A DNA stretch of 63,784 bases, counting the filler, from Lenisia limosa (Eukaryota; Protista; Breviatea): assembly GCA_001655205.1 (NCBI GenBank). It is 9 parts of 9 records of this genome, joined end to end, with 100 filler letters (N's around TTAATTAATTAA, not from the genome) between each part and the next. Parts side by side here need not be neighbours in the genome. Positions count along the whole stretch, not along the records: positions 1 to 4,944 come from LPNZ01007521.1; positions 5,045 to 9,634 come from LPNZ01005983.1; positions 9,735 to 33,168 come from LPNZ01009059.1; 6 more parts are not named here. One strand, 5' to 3'. The position numbers were made by a program, and so were the translations under genes. The notes beneath the pieces are model-generated. The model was given only the letters and a program-made list of their open reading frames with translations, did not search any database and was not told the DNA's origin. Positions 1 through 11,861 of this stretch are shown one piece after another (the first letter of the stretch is position 1; every line of letters begins with the position of its first letter).

Positions 1-1119
1 GTCCCAGTCTGCAATGTTGGCAGAGACGCCAAGGAACATCTTGAACCCTACCTGGAAGGGTGAGGACTGTATATTTGAGGCTTTAGAATTAAGTAAAAAA
101 AAAGCCTTTTACGCTAATAAAAATATCTAGTAAAGCTGCCATAAAACAAAATTTGTTTCAACTAATACAAGGAAAATAGACTCAGAACAAAGATACCCAT
201 ATCCTGTAAACATTCAAATCCACTCATATATATGTATGCATGTATAACCCCCCCCCCCCNNNNNNNNNNNNNNNNNNNNNNNNNNNNNNNNNNNNNNNNN
301 NNNNNNNNNNNNNNNNNNNNNNNNNNNNNNNNNNNNNNNNNNNNNNNNNNNNNNNNNNNNNNNNNNNNNNNNNNNNNNNNNNNNNNNNNNNNNNNNNNCA
401 GAAACTCTTCCACCATGCGTTGGCCCATGTTAAACCCTCTAACGATAATAAGAGGTGCAATGGGGGCTTCATATAAGCCTTGGAAGTAGGGTAAGCAGGG
501 AATAGTTTCAAAAGTAATGTTGTGGCTTTCGCTTATTGGACTGTCTGTATTCTCAAAAAACAGAGGCAACACAACCCAATATAAAGTCAACTTAGATCAA
601 GAGGGACATATTCCCAAATGAGTTCAATTCATAAAAGCCTTCAGAACTTTCACAGACAGTGAAGGAGAAATACAATGTTGAAGAAAAACAACACGGGAAT
701 AGTTTCAAAAGTAGTGTTGTGGCTTTCGCTTATTGGACTGTCTGTATTCCCAAAAAACAGAGGCAACACAACCCAATATAAAGTCAACTTAGATCAAGAG
801 GGACATATTCCCAAATGAGTTCAATTCATAAAAGCCTTCAGAACTTTCACAGACAGTGAAGGAGAAATACAATGTTGAAGAAAAACAACACGGGAAGTGG
901 GAGTGAGGGAAAACTAACATTTTGACAAGCTGCTCGTTAGCATCTGTAATTTTCTCGTAATCTTTGAGAATCTGGACGACAAGAGCGCCGTAGGTCAGTG
1001 AAAAGACCTCAGCAGACTAAAGTGAAAGTTAACCGCTTTCCTTCGTGTTGCCTTACGATTTTATCGGCTTTGGACCATGCAGAGTCAGCGACTCGCGACA
1101 GGTTCTGCTTTGAAGACAT
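1..1119 (-). CDS. TRAPPC3: TRAPP complex subunit BET3/TRAPPC3 (multi-exon; 3' end runs off the window start)
   Basis: Spliced exons 1119-1057 (MSSKQNLSRVADSAWSKADKI), 1016-919 (SAEVFSLTYGALVVQILKDYEKITDANEQLVK), ~440-400 (IGFNMGQRMVEEFL) and ~50-1 (VGFKMFLGVSANIADWD) match Bet3 hallmarks (LFxLTYGA, GYNIGxRLxEDFL, FKMYLG). GT-AG boundaries; first intron is 40 nt (1017-1056). Confidence 0.92.
498..896. repeat. Near-perfect tandem duplication, 197-bp period, inside a BET3 intron
   Basis: GGGAATAGTTTCAAAAGT...AAAAACAACAC starts at 498 and again at 695; GGGAA recurs at 892. Only a few substitutions between copies. Confidence 0.95.
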
Positions 1120-1517
1120 TTCACCAAAATACCCTGCACTCTTCTCTTTGATATCTCTTTAGATCTAGGTTAGCACAAGTTTTTAACACGTAAATTGCCG
1201 GCCTTATCAAAAATCTTGTGAAAATTTAGAAAATTTAGTTACAACATAACCTGATCATTGAGATCACTCCAGACACATTACGTGTATTTGGCTTTGTTCA
1301 ATCATTGTTATGTCACTGTGTCTTTTTGTCAAACCAGTGTCAAACATTGGTCAAACATAAATACACAGTAAATACATAAATGAACTGTAAATGAACTGTA
1401 AATCCGTAAATGAAACCTTTATCAAATAAACATTTTGAAAAATTTGCAAATTTGCCCTTGGCACATATCACATGATGTATTCTCCATTCACATAAATATA
1501 TTCCATTTCCGAACATC

Positions 1518-4500
1518 CTAGACCATATAGTTAACAGCTTCCAACAAGTTCTCGACAACATGGTCTGCCGGGTCATTAACGTCATTACCACCCTGAAAGG
1601 TGAACACACGAGCTTCCACTACGTAACAAAAGTAAGCACACCTTGCCCACCTTATGTAGCCCCGTCCTGACAAGAATAGGGGAACAACCTTCCATCAGAC
1701 GCCCTCCACGAATATCTGAAAGAGTCAAAAGAATCGCAAGAAGGAAAGCTGCGAATTACTTTGACTGATGCGAAAAGAAAACAGTTCTTACAAAATGGTG
1801 TTCATTATTATCTAAGGCGAACCTGACTTGGGGTTATCTCCCACTGCGTAAAATCGCTTTGGTGACGGGAGGCCCTTTTGTTTTGCTTCATTATCCAAAA
1901 CCTAGAAAGTAAACATAGACAGTTCTGATGTAATATAAATATGAGTGAAAGGATCGGCTATCCACTTGCATATCCACTCACAGTTTTAGCGTATTGGTAG
2001 GAAATTGACATAGGTTTACCGCAAGCTTGTGCCGTGAGTTCCACTCCAGTCAAGGCCTGTCTTGGTCAGTTGGACTTGCCATCCCCAAACTACATAGGTT
2101 TCTGGTGATTATAATAACACTTTTTGTAATATGACATATGAATTAGCCATGTATGTACAATATTATTATAAACTGGTGTTTCATCTTTTGAAAAGCAACA
2201 CAGACCACTCATATCATAAGCTGAGATGTCTCCAACCTTAAAGGAAGCCTCAAGATGCAGTCTGAACATTCCTTGGGTGATTCTAATTACTGTTATTTAC
2301 ACGCTTCCTTCATCATATTTTCAATTTGCACGATTATTGAAAAGTGATGTAGTACTATCGCGTAATCCTAACAGAATCATACCTTGGATTTGGAAAATCT
2401 GAAGGGAAAGTCTGATCATTATTGCAGAAGTAAATAGGAACTTTATTGGTGACTCCTGCCTAGAAAGATTGAACACTCTGAGAAAAAAGTATTAATGTAA
2501 CTAAGGTAAATCTAATACCAGAGGATTATAACCTGTAAGATCATATCATATAATATGGCATAACATTGTAAATAATAGTTATGGTATTATATAATACTGT
2601 ACAAAATAAGACATCCCAAAGGGCCAATGACTCATCACCTCACCTCAAAACCACCAATAACACCATTTGGTGAAGTCAACACGTCCAAACAGGCCTGTAT
2701 TTTTTAGGATCCTCAAAAACAACAATTTGATATGTTATAACCGCCCCTGTTTATATGTTAATACACCATATCCACTTGTGATATGAATATATCACCGACT
2801 TTTGAGTCGAAATGATGAACGAAGATAAAAAGAGGGTTCATCATTTAGACCTGTCGGTCAAGAATCATACGAGTGGATATGAGGTATCATACCACTGGAA
2901 AATGATAGTTTACACGTGTGAAAATGACTCAAGTGATATGATTGAGAAATATCATGGCGGACCAATATTGATAACGCAAATCCATGGTCTAAAAATACTG
3001 GTTCAGTTTATTTAAAAAAGGATAAGATGTGATGAAGCGATACATCAGACGTAAAAATAATATATCTACCCCTTACCTGAATTGCACCGCCCCATATCAA
3101 TGGCTCGTATATAACCAGTACAAGGTCAATCTTGGTTGCAGGTGTAGCCTGGTAGTGTTAGTTAGAAGATGACATCGTGTGTATGTTGAATTTGAGCTCG
3201 TCATTGTCGAAACTGTCATAGATCACATGTCTGCAAATCGCCCAATGCTGACTTTGTACTTTAACTGGTATTAATTGCTATGTTGAGGCTTAAAATGAGG
3301 CTATTATCCAGCGATTCCACATTTCACCCCCCCCCCCCCTCCAGCATACGGTGCCGTCAGGCTTTTGGTAAATATGGAACATTCCTGGGTGCATCTTGAG
3401 GAAATCCTTGTACTCGAAAAGATTTTTAAACCCATAGCTAGAAAGTCAGTTGACTGTGTGTACTCACTTTTTGTCCTCTACTATCAACAAAAAATGTTCA
3501 AGTAGTACACCAACTATCAAATTGATACAAACAAGGTAATATGACTCACAATATTTCAAAGCCTGGGTGGAGGGGGGGGGGGTATCAATAAAACAATTTA
3601 AAATTTAAGGCTTACTCGGTTAGTAAGTGGTTCATATCATCACCAATTACAAGGACATTCTTGTTTCGATACCTACAGGTTTGTGAATAATGAAATGAAG
3701 ATAATTTCATTGCAATATTGTCTCTCTATTATTGAAGAGAAATGTCAAACTCACAACCCAATCACGTCAGAAAAGCCCTTCCAGCCTACTCCTCAACCAG
3801 GCTTTTGAATGGTGTTTGTGCCAGTACCACTTGTTCTGACCTCACCTAAAGTTGAAAATGAAGCATGAACGTTAAAATCTACAGATATAATTGTGATTTT
3901 CCTTTCACAAGAGATGGTTTATCAACAACGAACACTTTCACAAGAGATGGTTAATCAACAACGAACACTTTCACAAGAGATGGTTTATCAACAACGAACA
4001 CTTTCACAAGAGATGGTTTATCAACAACGAACACTTTCACAAGAGATGGTTTCTCAACAGCAAACGCAGTATCCAAACGAAGCGGTTGGAAGAGAAATCT
4101 ATAATAGAAGTACTAATAGCAATATTGATGAACTTTTAAGTAAGAAATGATAGTAACCAAGAAAACCCCTCCATTTCCAACAAGCATACCTCAACACCAA
4201 GGGACTTGGCAAGCGATTTGGCTTTAGTTGCCTCTGACATGCCACCACCTGAAAATAATAACACAACCCTCATTTTGATGAGATGGTACAAATGAAATAT
4301 TTATATAACTAAGTATCGTTCAAAATATAAATAAAAAGTGGCGGAAAGTTAGAAACACTCAAAATAAACAAACTTTTACCAACAAACCATTAGAGAGGTA
4401 GCAGACTGTGTACGGTGACTCTGGCGCTCTGTAATAGGTGAGGCATGATTTCAAAAAAGGAAGAGAGAACGACAGCAGAACCCAAATATGATATACATAC

Positions 4501-4740
4501 TTTGTATTACTTATATTATGTATTAATATTCTACATAATATGGAGCAGCATGTCAGTAATGGAAGAACAATCCCCCCCCCCCNNNNNNNNNNNNNNNNNN
4601 NNNNNNNNNNNNNNNNNNNNNNNNNNNNNNNNNNNNNNNNNNNNNNNNNNNNNNNNNNNNNNNNNNNNNNNNNNNNNNNNNNNNNNNNNNNNNNNNCCCA
4701 ACAAAGTGAGTACTCCGTCAATGTCTAAAAGAACTCCAAT
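1518..4740 (-). CDS. HAD-superfamily subfamily IIA hydrolase, HDHD5/CECR5-like (many small exons; start codon unresolved, upstream of 4740)
   Basis: Exons encode IGVLLDIDGVL (HAD motif I), VCYLSNG|GGMSEATKAKSLAKSLGVE, IDLVLVIYEPLIWGGAIQ|ACLDVL, VPIYFCNNDQTFPSDFPNPR|ITQGMF, ACGKPMSISYQYA and FYAVGDNPKS|DIRGG..SPILVRTG (motifs III/IV). Stop TAG at 1518-1520. Confidence 0.88.
3902..4060. repeat. 33-bp minisatellite, ~5 copies, in an intron of the HAD gene
   Basis: Unit CTTTCACAAGAGATGGTTTATCAACAACGAACA at 3902, 3935, 3968, 4001 and 4034 (partial). No unique spacers. Confidence 0.95.
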
Positions 4741-4944
4741 CTATAGAGTCACGGTTGAAAGAAAGTAACTTCACCCTTCCAGCTCAAACTTCAATTATAT
4801 AAAATAAATTGGTGATACTATAGAAGCATTCTGTTATTATTATTGAGAAAACGGGAAACGGGGTTTACTAAATGTAAAGAAAGTTGAGCTTATCAAATCC
4901 AAAGTAGGCCTCCGTTCATGCATATCCGAAACAACCCTCCCCCC

Positions 4945-5044
4945 NNNNNNNNNNNNNNNNNNNNNNNNNNNNNNNNNNNNNNNNNNNNTTAATTAATTAA
5001 NNNNNNNNNNNNNNNNNNNNNNNNNNNNNNNNNNNNNNNNNNNN
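4945..5044. other. Artificial contig-joining spacer (first of eight)
   Basis: N44-TTAATTAATTAA-N44 (stops in all six frames) at 4945-5044, 9635-9734, 33169-33268, 40917-41016, 51199-51298, 53174-53273, 60137-60236 and 62377-62476. Confidence 0.98.
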
Positions 5045-6659
5045 TGACGGAGTTGATTCTCCAGTCAAAGCCGACTAATTTCGGATACGCAGGCATGTCC
5101 TTCTTTGTTTCTTCCATCCACTCTGGGGGGACAGGGTAAAACGAAGGAAATTTCGTTGAAGAATATTGGCGGAAATGCACTTATAACGAAACGACAATCT
5201 GAAACTCCAAACAAACAAAAAACACAAAATAAAAATACCAAGCAAGGTGTAGGGGGGGCAAAATAGAAAAAAAACAAAAAAAAACAGAAACAACTCTGTT
5301 AGCTAGCATTTGGGAAACAAACAAGTGTCGAGATCAACAAACAAAGCCCAAACAAAGCCCAAAATCAACACTGTTGGCTGACAACACACAAGGTGATAAC
5401 AACAAAGCAAACAAAGCTCAGGTCAGTCGCTTCTGCAGCACCGCATCCCATCACTCCAGCGGATTATGAAAGGGGTTGGGCTTCACTTCGGTTCGAAAAA
5501 GGTCTGAATTTCTCGATAAATCCTCGAAAACAATCGATATTATACCGTTCTTTTTCGAACCGAAGTGAAGCCCTAACCCGAAGGAGAATTAGGATGAATA
5601 AAACATTCACCCAATTGTCCATGCTATCACATAAAATCAAACTCAGCAAAAATTTCTTCCTACAAACAAGCCCGGGTACCCCCTCCTCCCACCGGGGTAC
5701 ATGTGCCCGATAATCTTGGCCACAAGGCCGACAATGGAGCCGTCTGGCTCGCCTTCTTCAAACATCTGCTTGACCGCCTCGGATTTGAACAATTTCGCTG
5801 CCGTCTCCTCCGAGCCAAGGTTGTGGAAAAGAGCCGTCGTGATGAGGTGTTTCACGTCACTGAGCATCTGCATCGATAAACTCAAGCATTATACCCCCCC
5901 CACGAACAAATAATAAATATCTCCACTTCCAAGATGGAATAAAAATAACAAATAGCAATATTAAGTATTAGTTATTATTCGACCAAAGGGGCATGCGTAT
6001 TATCTAAAAGTGAGAAAAATAATAATATAAAAAATGAAAGAAAACAGAGAAACAGCATCAGCAAAGTAATGAAGTATCGATAATCCCAAAAAGCGGAAAA
6101 ATATCAAGAAAATTTATCCACCCCATATCTGACCCCAGTATTGCCCATTTCTTTTACATAAGCATATTATCTCCTTATACAATCACACCCCCCAACTTCA
6201 GCACAATCATCCTCATCTATATCAAACTCTTCCGCGAAAGCCTCGATTTGTTTTGACGGCACCCCTTGTCAATGAAATTAATTGCAGAAAAGACTTGAAA
6301 CACTGACCCGAATATAAAACAAATGATTAAAAGAGTATATTCAATAATATATGAGAAATAAAACAACAAGGGAGTATCCAGAATGTATGTATGCAAAGAG
6401 ATTATATCCTAGAAAGGGAGTATATGTATGATAGAGTTCTCAACAGTATACTAAAAAGAGTACCTACACACGAGGAAGGTAATACTTAATAATGCAAGAG
6501 AGGATACGTACATATATGAGCAAGAACTCAAAACGGTCCGAAGATTCATCACCACTATACGACTATCCCACCGTTTTTGAAGTGTCTAAATCTGAAAACG
6601 GTCGCAAAGACCTCCATCACCGCCTTCTTGGAAGGGGCAGATTTCAAATGATCGAGCAT
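5045..6659 (-). CDS. COMMD9: COMM domain-containing protein 9-like (3' truncated by contig edge)
   Basis: Exons give MLDHLKSAPSKKAVMEVF..., KQIEAFAEEFDIDEDDCAE, HLITTALFHNLGSEETAAKLF...LVAKIIGHMYP|EWMEETKKDMPAYPKLVGFDWRINSV. The PxLxxFDWR COMM start and the preceding helix resemble COMMD9. Intron 5123-5692 is GT-AG. Confidence 0.8.
5123..5222 (-). repeat. Intronic repeat family A (ends at a splice acceptor here)
   Basis: Consensus TTGGAGTTTCAGATTATTCG.TTCGTGATTAGTACCTTT.CGCCAATATTCTTCA.CGAAATTTCCTTCGTTTTAC(C)nAG. Copies at 5123-5222(-), 28668-28823(+), 39742-40044(+), 44627-44722(+) and 60951-61009(+). Confidence 0.85.
5476..5575. mobile_element. hAT-type MITE copy
   Basis: TIRs (T)TGGGCTTCACTTCGGTTCGAAAAA / TTTTTCGAACCGAAGTGAAGCCCTA; 100 bp; intronic; TSD not clear. 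Confidence 0.8.
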
Positions 6660-7500
6660 CTAAGAAAATCAGGAATTGGGAAGATGAATTGACGTTTCGC
6701 CCTTCTTTTTAGCGTCAAATAACTAATGATATATCAAGTAGAAAGGACAAGTGACTGTGCATTCACTAGGAGGAAGAGATCAAACAAGTATACCTCACCT
6801 TTTCTGTTTACTATCCTCTATATTGTTCCTATTTGCAGATTTACACACTTTTTATCCAAAAACAAAGCGATTTTCTGGTTTGATGATATCCATTTATGCC
6901 TCATGTAATTAATGCTACAAATGTAATCTACTTTGGGAGGGAAATAATTTTTTTTTCTTCCCTCTTTACTCTATCTCTTGGTTCATACCCATTATTTGTG
7001 AAAGAAAAACGTGTAAAAGAAGAAACATCGAGCATTCAGGAACTACAATCACATTTTTCTCACCTTTGCCCTCCAAACAAGCTCCTCGGATCCACAACTC
7101 CCTTTCCCCTCTGAGTACGTCAGCATTGATTAGCAAACATTGCATTATGGATGGTTGACTACCTCAAGTCTTATCCAGGTAGGCAGGATGGCAGTTCATG
7201 TTGTACCCGCTTTTTTCTTTTGTTAACTGTGAGGTGGGAGTGGAGGGTATTGGTATGGCAAAAACACTTCGAATTCGGCTGAAATCTCTGGAGGGCAGAT
7301 AGAGATTCAGTAACCTTAAAACAAATTTCTGTTTTACCCCCTCCCCCCCATATTGTTTTAGGCCTTGGCTTTCGTACAGGGTTGCCTCTGATCTGAGACC
7401 GTAAACGAGCCCTAATAGGTAAGCTGGTTGCTCTGTTGTTTTCATCCTCTAGCTCATACCAGCTGAAGAGCCAATATCTAAGTTTTCAATACGTGTCGAT

Positions 7501-7600
7501 TAGGGCTTCACTTCGGTTCGGAAAAAACTGAGGAAATATCGATAGTTTTCGAGGATTTATCGAGAAATTGAGTCTTTTTTCGAACCGAAGTGAAGCCCTA
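7501..7600. mobile_element. hAT-type MITE copy with perfect 8-bp TSD
   Basis: TIR TAGGGCTTCACTTCGGTTCG; TSD GTGTCGAT at 7493-7500 and 7601-7608. Confidence 0.92.
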
Positions 7601-7654
7601 GTGTCGATGTTTAGCACTGGTTTCCACTCCACATACCTACAAGTCTGAGACGAA

Positions 7655-7856
7655 TAGGGGCTTCCCTACAGTCCCAAATACCTGAATTTATCGATAAATC
7701 CTGATAACTATCGATATTTTACCGGTAAACCCTCTTATCAACTCTATTTGATAGTGGCTAAGGCATCCCTACAGTCACAAAATAACTGAATTTTTCGATA
7801 AATCTTCGATAAATATCGATATTTTAGCGATATTTTTCGGACCGTAGGAACCTCTG
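7655..7856. mobile_element. Two adjacent hAT-type MITE copies (truncated ~7655-7735; full 7759-7856)
   Basis: GGCTTCCCTACAGTCC-type TIR subfamily. Second copy is flanked by ATAGTGGC at 7751-7758 and 7857-7864. Confidence 0.8.
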
Positions 7857-7923
7857 ATAGTGGCGCAGCAGCTCATCCAGATTTTCCAATTTGGCCAATT
7901 ATTCACCATAGATTATCACTGAA

Positions 7924-9634
7924 ATGAGTGTCCATCGGTCTCCTTCTATCGGCTCTTTATCATCGTTCCGATCCACACTGCACAATGACAGATCCTCTCC
8001 GGGCGCCCAGAACCACTCGCCTTCACGGTTGGTACTTTTTCAGGGAATTAAGGATCCCCCCCCCCCCCNNNNNNNNNNNNNNNNNNNNNNNNNNNNNNNN
8101 NNNNNNNNNNNNNNNNNNNNNNNNNNNNNNNNNNNNNNNNNNNNNNNNNNNNNNNNNNNNNNNNNNNNNNNNNNNNNNNNGTCTACTCATTTTCTAAATC
8201 AATATCATCCGAGAGGATAACGCCTTTTTTGTAGATTTCTCATGTAGTATATATATTATTTCTCTTGTTCAAAACAATGCTTGACAGCCCCCAGGAGAGA
8301 CGTCGGCTCGCATAAGATCGTCTCAGCCGATCTCCTCAAACACGTTGAAAAGGGTGACATTGAAACTGTTCGGCGAATGGTGCTGGTAGGGGAGGGTGGG
8401 GGTATAACTAGGGCTTCCCTACGGTCCGAAAAGGACCGGTAAAATATCGATATTTATCGAGGATTTATCGAGAAATTTAGTCTCTTTTGGGACCGTAGGG
8501 AAGCCCAAGGTATAATGTAAGGATCATTGAAGGTTTTTTTTTGTTTCGTTAACAACAGAGTTTTTTTTTTGTGTGTGTCATAAATTGATTTTTTTTTATA
8601 TATAACTTTACCCCCCCTTTTAGAATAAAAGTTATGATGTTGAAGCAAAAAATGAAAAAGGGCAAACATCAATACATCTTGCAGTGCAGGTGGGTGTTGG
8701 GGTGGTTTCATGGAGTGATGGGCGNNNNNNNNNNNNNNNNNNNNNNNNNNNNNNNNNNNNNNNNNNNNNNNNNNNNNNNNNNNNNNNNNNNNNNNNNNNN
8801 NNNNNNNNNNNNNNNNNNNNNNNNNNNNNNNNNNNNNNNNNNNNNNNNNNNNNNNNNNNNNNNNNNNNNNNNNNNNNNNNNNNNNNNNNNNNNNNNNNNN
8901 NNNNNNNNNNNNNNNNNNTTGGGTGAATTAATATTACTATAATCCCATGGGCGGCTTCGGCTAGAAACAGCCTTATTTTTTTTAATAAAAGCGTGATGTT
9001 GTGGACGGCTTTGGCTAGATGCAACCTTGTTTAATCTCCCAACTCTATTTGCATCATAAATGTTTTTGTTTCCCCGAGTTATTGCTCTCTCTTTACTATT
9101 CAGAGTGGCAACCTACTCATGTTGGAGGTTCTAATTTCGGAGTTAAACGCGGATATTGATGCTGAAGGTTGGTGGCTAGGTTTTGTTTTGTGGAGGGCTG
9201 CACTTCGGTTCGGTTCGGTTTCTATTACCCGTAACTGAAACGATAAATATGCCGCTTATCGTTTATATCGTCTGTTCTGGTGGCAATTTTGGCTTCTTGA
9301 CGATCTTTATGATACCCATTAAAAGCAAAGAGCATCTGCCTCACCCGGTCAGATAAAAAATTAGGGAGTGATTTTTTTACATTTGTAGTTGAGGGACCGT
9401 TCGAGTACACAGATTTTACGTATATTTTCGTAAAATTCGTGTACCGGAACGGTCCCTAATAAAGAAAAAGTGGTATTGTTTTAAAAACAACAATTGAAAA
9501 ATACATGGTAGATTTTTGCAACTACAATCGTTTTTTAAAGTCACCCTATTTTGAGACAAGCTATAAACCTATAGACAACGGCTGTCGAACAGGGCTGCAT
9601 AGAGCAGCGTTTTTAGGACACACTGAATGCATCA
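7924..9634 (+). CDS. Ankyrin-repeat protein (3' truncated by contig edge)
   Basis: Exons: MSVHRSPSIGS..., LLKHVEKGDIETVRRMVL, NKSYDVEAKNEKGQTSIHLAVQ, SGNLLMLEVLISELNADIDAE, DNGCRTGLHRAAFLGHTECI. These follow the ankyrin consensus GxTPLHxA...G. Confidence 0.82.
8409..8508. mobile_element. hAT-type MITE copy
   Basis: TIR TAGGGCTTCCCTACGGTCC / GGACCGTAGGGAAGCCCAA; TSD GGTATAAC / GGTATAAT. Confidence 0.9.
8919..9060 (+). repeat. Dispersed repeat family C
   Basis: Shared blocks GCACGCA.AAAG.TGTG.GCAC.GAGTTG..ATGATTGG.T.A.ATTAAT (51139-51198, 58361-58415) and GATGTTGTGGACGGCT..G.../CAACCTTGTTT (8995-9035, 39358-39395, 43938-43975, 58460-58475). Confidence 0.65.
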
Positions 9635-9748
9635 NNNNNNNNNNNNNNNNNNNNNNNNNNNNNNNNNNNNNNNNNNNNTTAATTAATTAANNNNNNNNNN
9701 NNNNNNNNNNNNNNNNNNNNNNNNNNNNNNNNNNCCCCCCCCCCCCAG

Positions 9749-11443
9749 CAACAACTGGGAATCAATACTGATGAGAAAGAAACACATGGGCGCACCAGAG
9801 TACTTCCAGTGTACATCTTCTCACTAGATGGTAGGAGTTGGGTTACGAGTTACCATCGTAGACACAGAAAAAGATCTTCTCTTTGAGAACGGCCAGCAGG
9901 TGTACGCGGCTCCCGAAGCCGTTTACGTTCTACAGACCAACCAAACTGAGTGCGTCAGGGGTCTGGGTTTCACTCATGTTGTGTGTTTGGTTTAAGCAGA
10001 ACCATTGATTTGACTTGTCCTAGTGTTGAGACCGATTATGTCAAAGCAGGAAGACATGTAACATTGGATATGAGGAAAGTTACAAGCGCAACGGTTTGAT
10101 CATGCCATATGTCTGTTTAACTTACAACCTACAGATAGAAGGAGTGTCACAGGCTCTTCTTGGACTTGCCCCAATCCATCAGCGCTGGGCCGTACCACGT
10201 TATCCTGGGGTGGCTCCGACTGCAGAGGAATCATCGATACTCACGAACAAAGGCGTATCTGTAAATGGGAAACAAGTGATGCATATCATAGTCTACTTTC
10301 CCTCTCTTTCCTTACGGTGTAGATTGAAGGGCTGCGGACTGAAGAATCATGTCTCTGGGCACATGGTGTGACCTGTTCAGGGCCTTTTTCCTCAGCTTCC
10401 TCTCTACCTCGAGTGTCTGTTGAAGCTGCCCAGAGAAATGCCGCAATTGCTAGATTGACGTGAGTTGATAAAAGTTGTTTGATTGATTAGGCAAACTGTG
10501 GATGGTATGAGGGCTGCAGTTGACGAGCTTGAGTCTTTCTGTCAGTCCCGAACTGGACTCTCTGGCGAACATACCGCCCACTTCCACCCTGCAAGGTCCT
10601 CTTGCATTGAGACACTGTATCACAAAAAGGTTTGATGACGAAAGCTGGGGATTAAATTGTTTCTTGAACCGTTTTTTTATTTTGCAACACCTTTTAGCCT
10701 GAAGAGTCGCCATTCAAGGACAGCATCATCACAATGCATGATAATCTTGTAGAAATCGACCAGCGCCTCACACAAGGTCTGCTTTGATACAAATATTGTA
10801 ATACGTATGTACATATGCTTTCGATTCTTCTTTGAGATAACTTCCACTATTTCAACTATTCTTCTTTGATTCCATGTTGACATGATTTAGCAAGTAAGCA
10901 CCTCTCAGGGGGTAATATCCACCGTGCAACAAAGGCCGTATCCGCCGTTCAGGTAGAAGTTGCCAAATTCAACGATTATATCCAGCATGTGAGGGCAATG
11001 GTACAAATGACAGTTTTAATGATTGTCTCTACTTCTTATCCTTATATATAGGAGATCTCTTTGGCTCTATTAGAAGGCAAATGCAGTACAGTGGAGCATG
11101 TTGCTGAGACTCCCCGGGAAGTCAGCTGGTTTTACTGTTATTTTGAGGAACTCATTGTGCGAATGGGATGGAGAGCTATGTCTTGGTTATGTTTCATAAA
11201 GCACACGTTAAACCAGAACATATATTATGTACATACATATAGCTAGTAGTATATTGTATTGTATATTGTAGTATAGTGGTACTATATATGATATCGATAT
11301 CTACTTGATACTAATGACCTTAGGGGTTCCCGTGGCTCCTTCTTGTTGCCCTTCTCGCCATTATTGCTGCAGTGGCATCTCTATTAACACCTACGGGCGC
11401 TTTTGTTCGCTATTTTGGTCCCCATGATACACAGTCCCCATAA
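9749..11443 (+). CDS. Uncharacterised protein with C-terminal TM helix (5' truncated); resembles a plant-type uncharacterised family
   Basis: Exons give RVLPVYIFSLD, ISQ-like IEGVSQALLGLAPIHQRW, CLWAHGVTCSGPFSSASSLPRVSVEAAQRNAAIARL and final GFPWLLLVALLAIIAAVASLL...SP*. Similarity to Arabidopsis At3g28720-like proteins is from memory and unverified. Confidence 0.7.
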
Positions 11444-11861
11444 ATCCTTGGTCTATCCAGAACAACATTCTTCGCCTTTCCATATAATTGATATATGATA
11501 CTCTATCAGATATGGTTGCACATTTAAATGTTCATTGGCGCAAAAGGTGCTTTCTTGATGTTTGTTTTATTTATGATTATTAGGCAATTATTATGGATTT
11601 ATTCGAGATATTAGAGAGTTTCAAAGTGATAAAGTGCCAACAACCCAACAACCAACAACAACTACTTAATTGGATTGGAAGAAATTAGGGTCTCGTAACA
11701 TTGCGCTAGCGCCATAGTATAAAACAAAAACATTAAGTGTTCCCCAAGCCTTTAAGACATCACAGGCTCTATCCCATACGTGTTAAGTTACGCCTTTTAA
11801 GCTTGAAAAAAAGTTGAATACACACTAGGCGTTTGTTCACCCAGCTTGTGCTGAAGGCGTG

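Noticed and set aside
260-398. Long X-containing ORFs spanning N tracts (many in the ORF track)
   Set aside because: They are open only because masked bases hide stops.
3902-4060. 33-bp repeats as a CRISPR array
   Set aside because: Head-to-tail tandem units without unique spacers, in a eukaryotic intron, with no cas genes.
4945-5044. Periodic TTAATTAATTAA palindromes flanked by N runs (eight sites)
   Set aside because: Identical 100-nt artificial contig linkers, so genes on different fragments are not neighbours and no cross-spacer synteny was inferred.
5571-5579. CCCTAACCC telomere-like motif
   Set aside because: Single occurrence formed by a MITE end plus flank; not an array.
9391-9458. 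68-bp hairpin with AGGGACCGTTC termini (related half at ~29535-29557)
   Set aside because: hAT-like ends but no TSD and too few copies to define an element.
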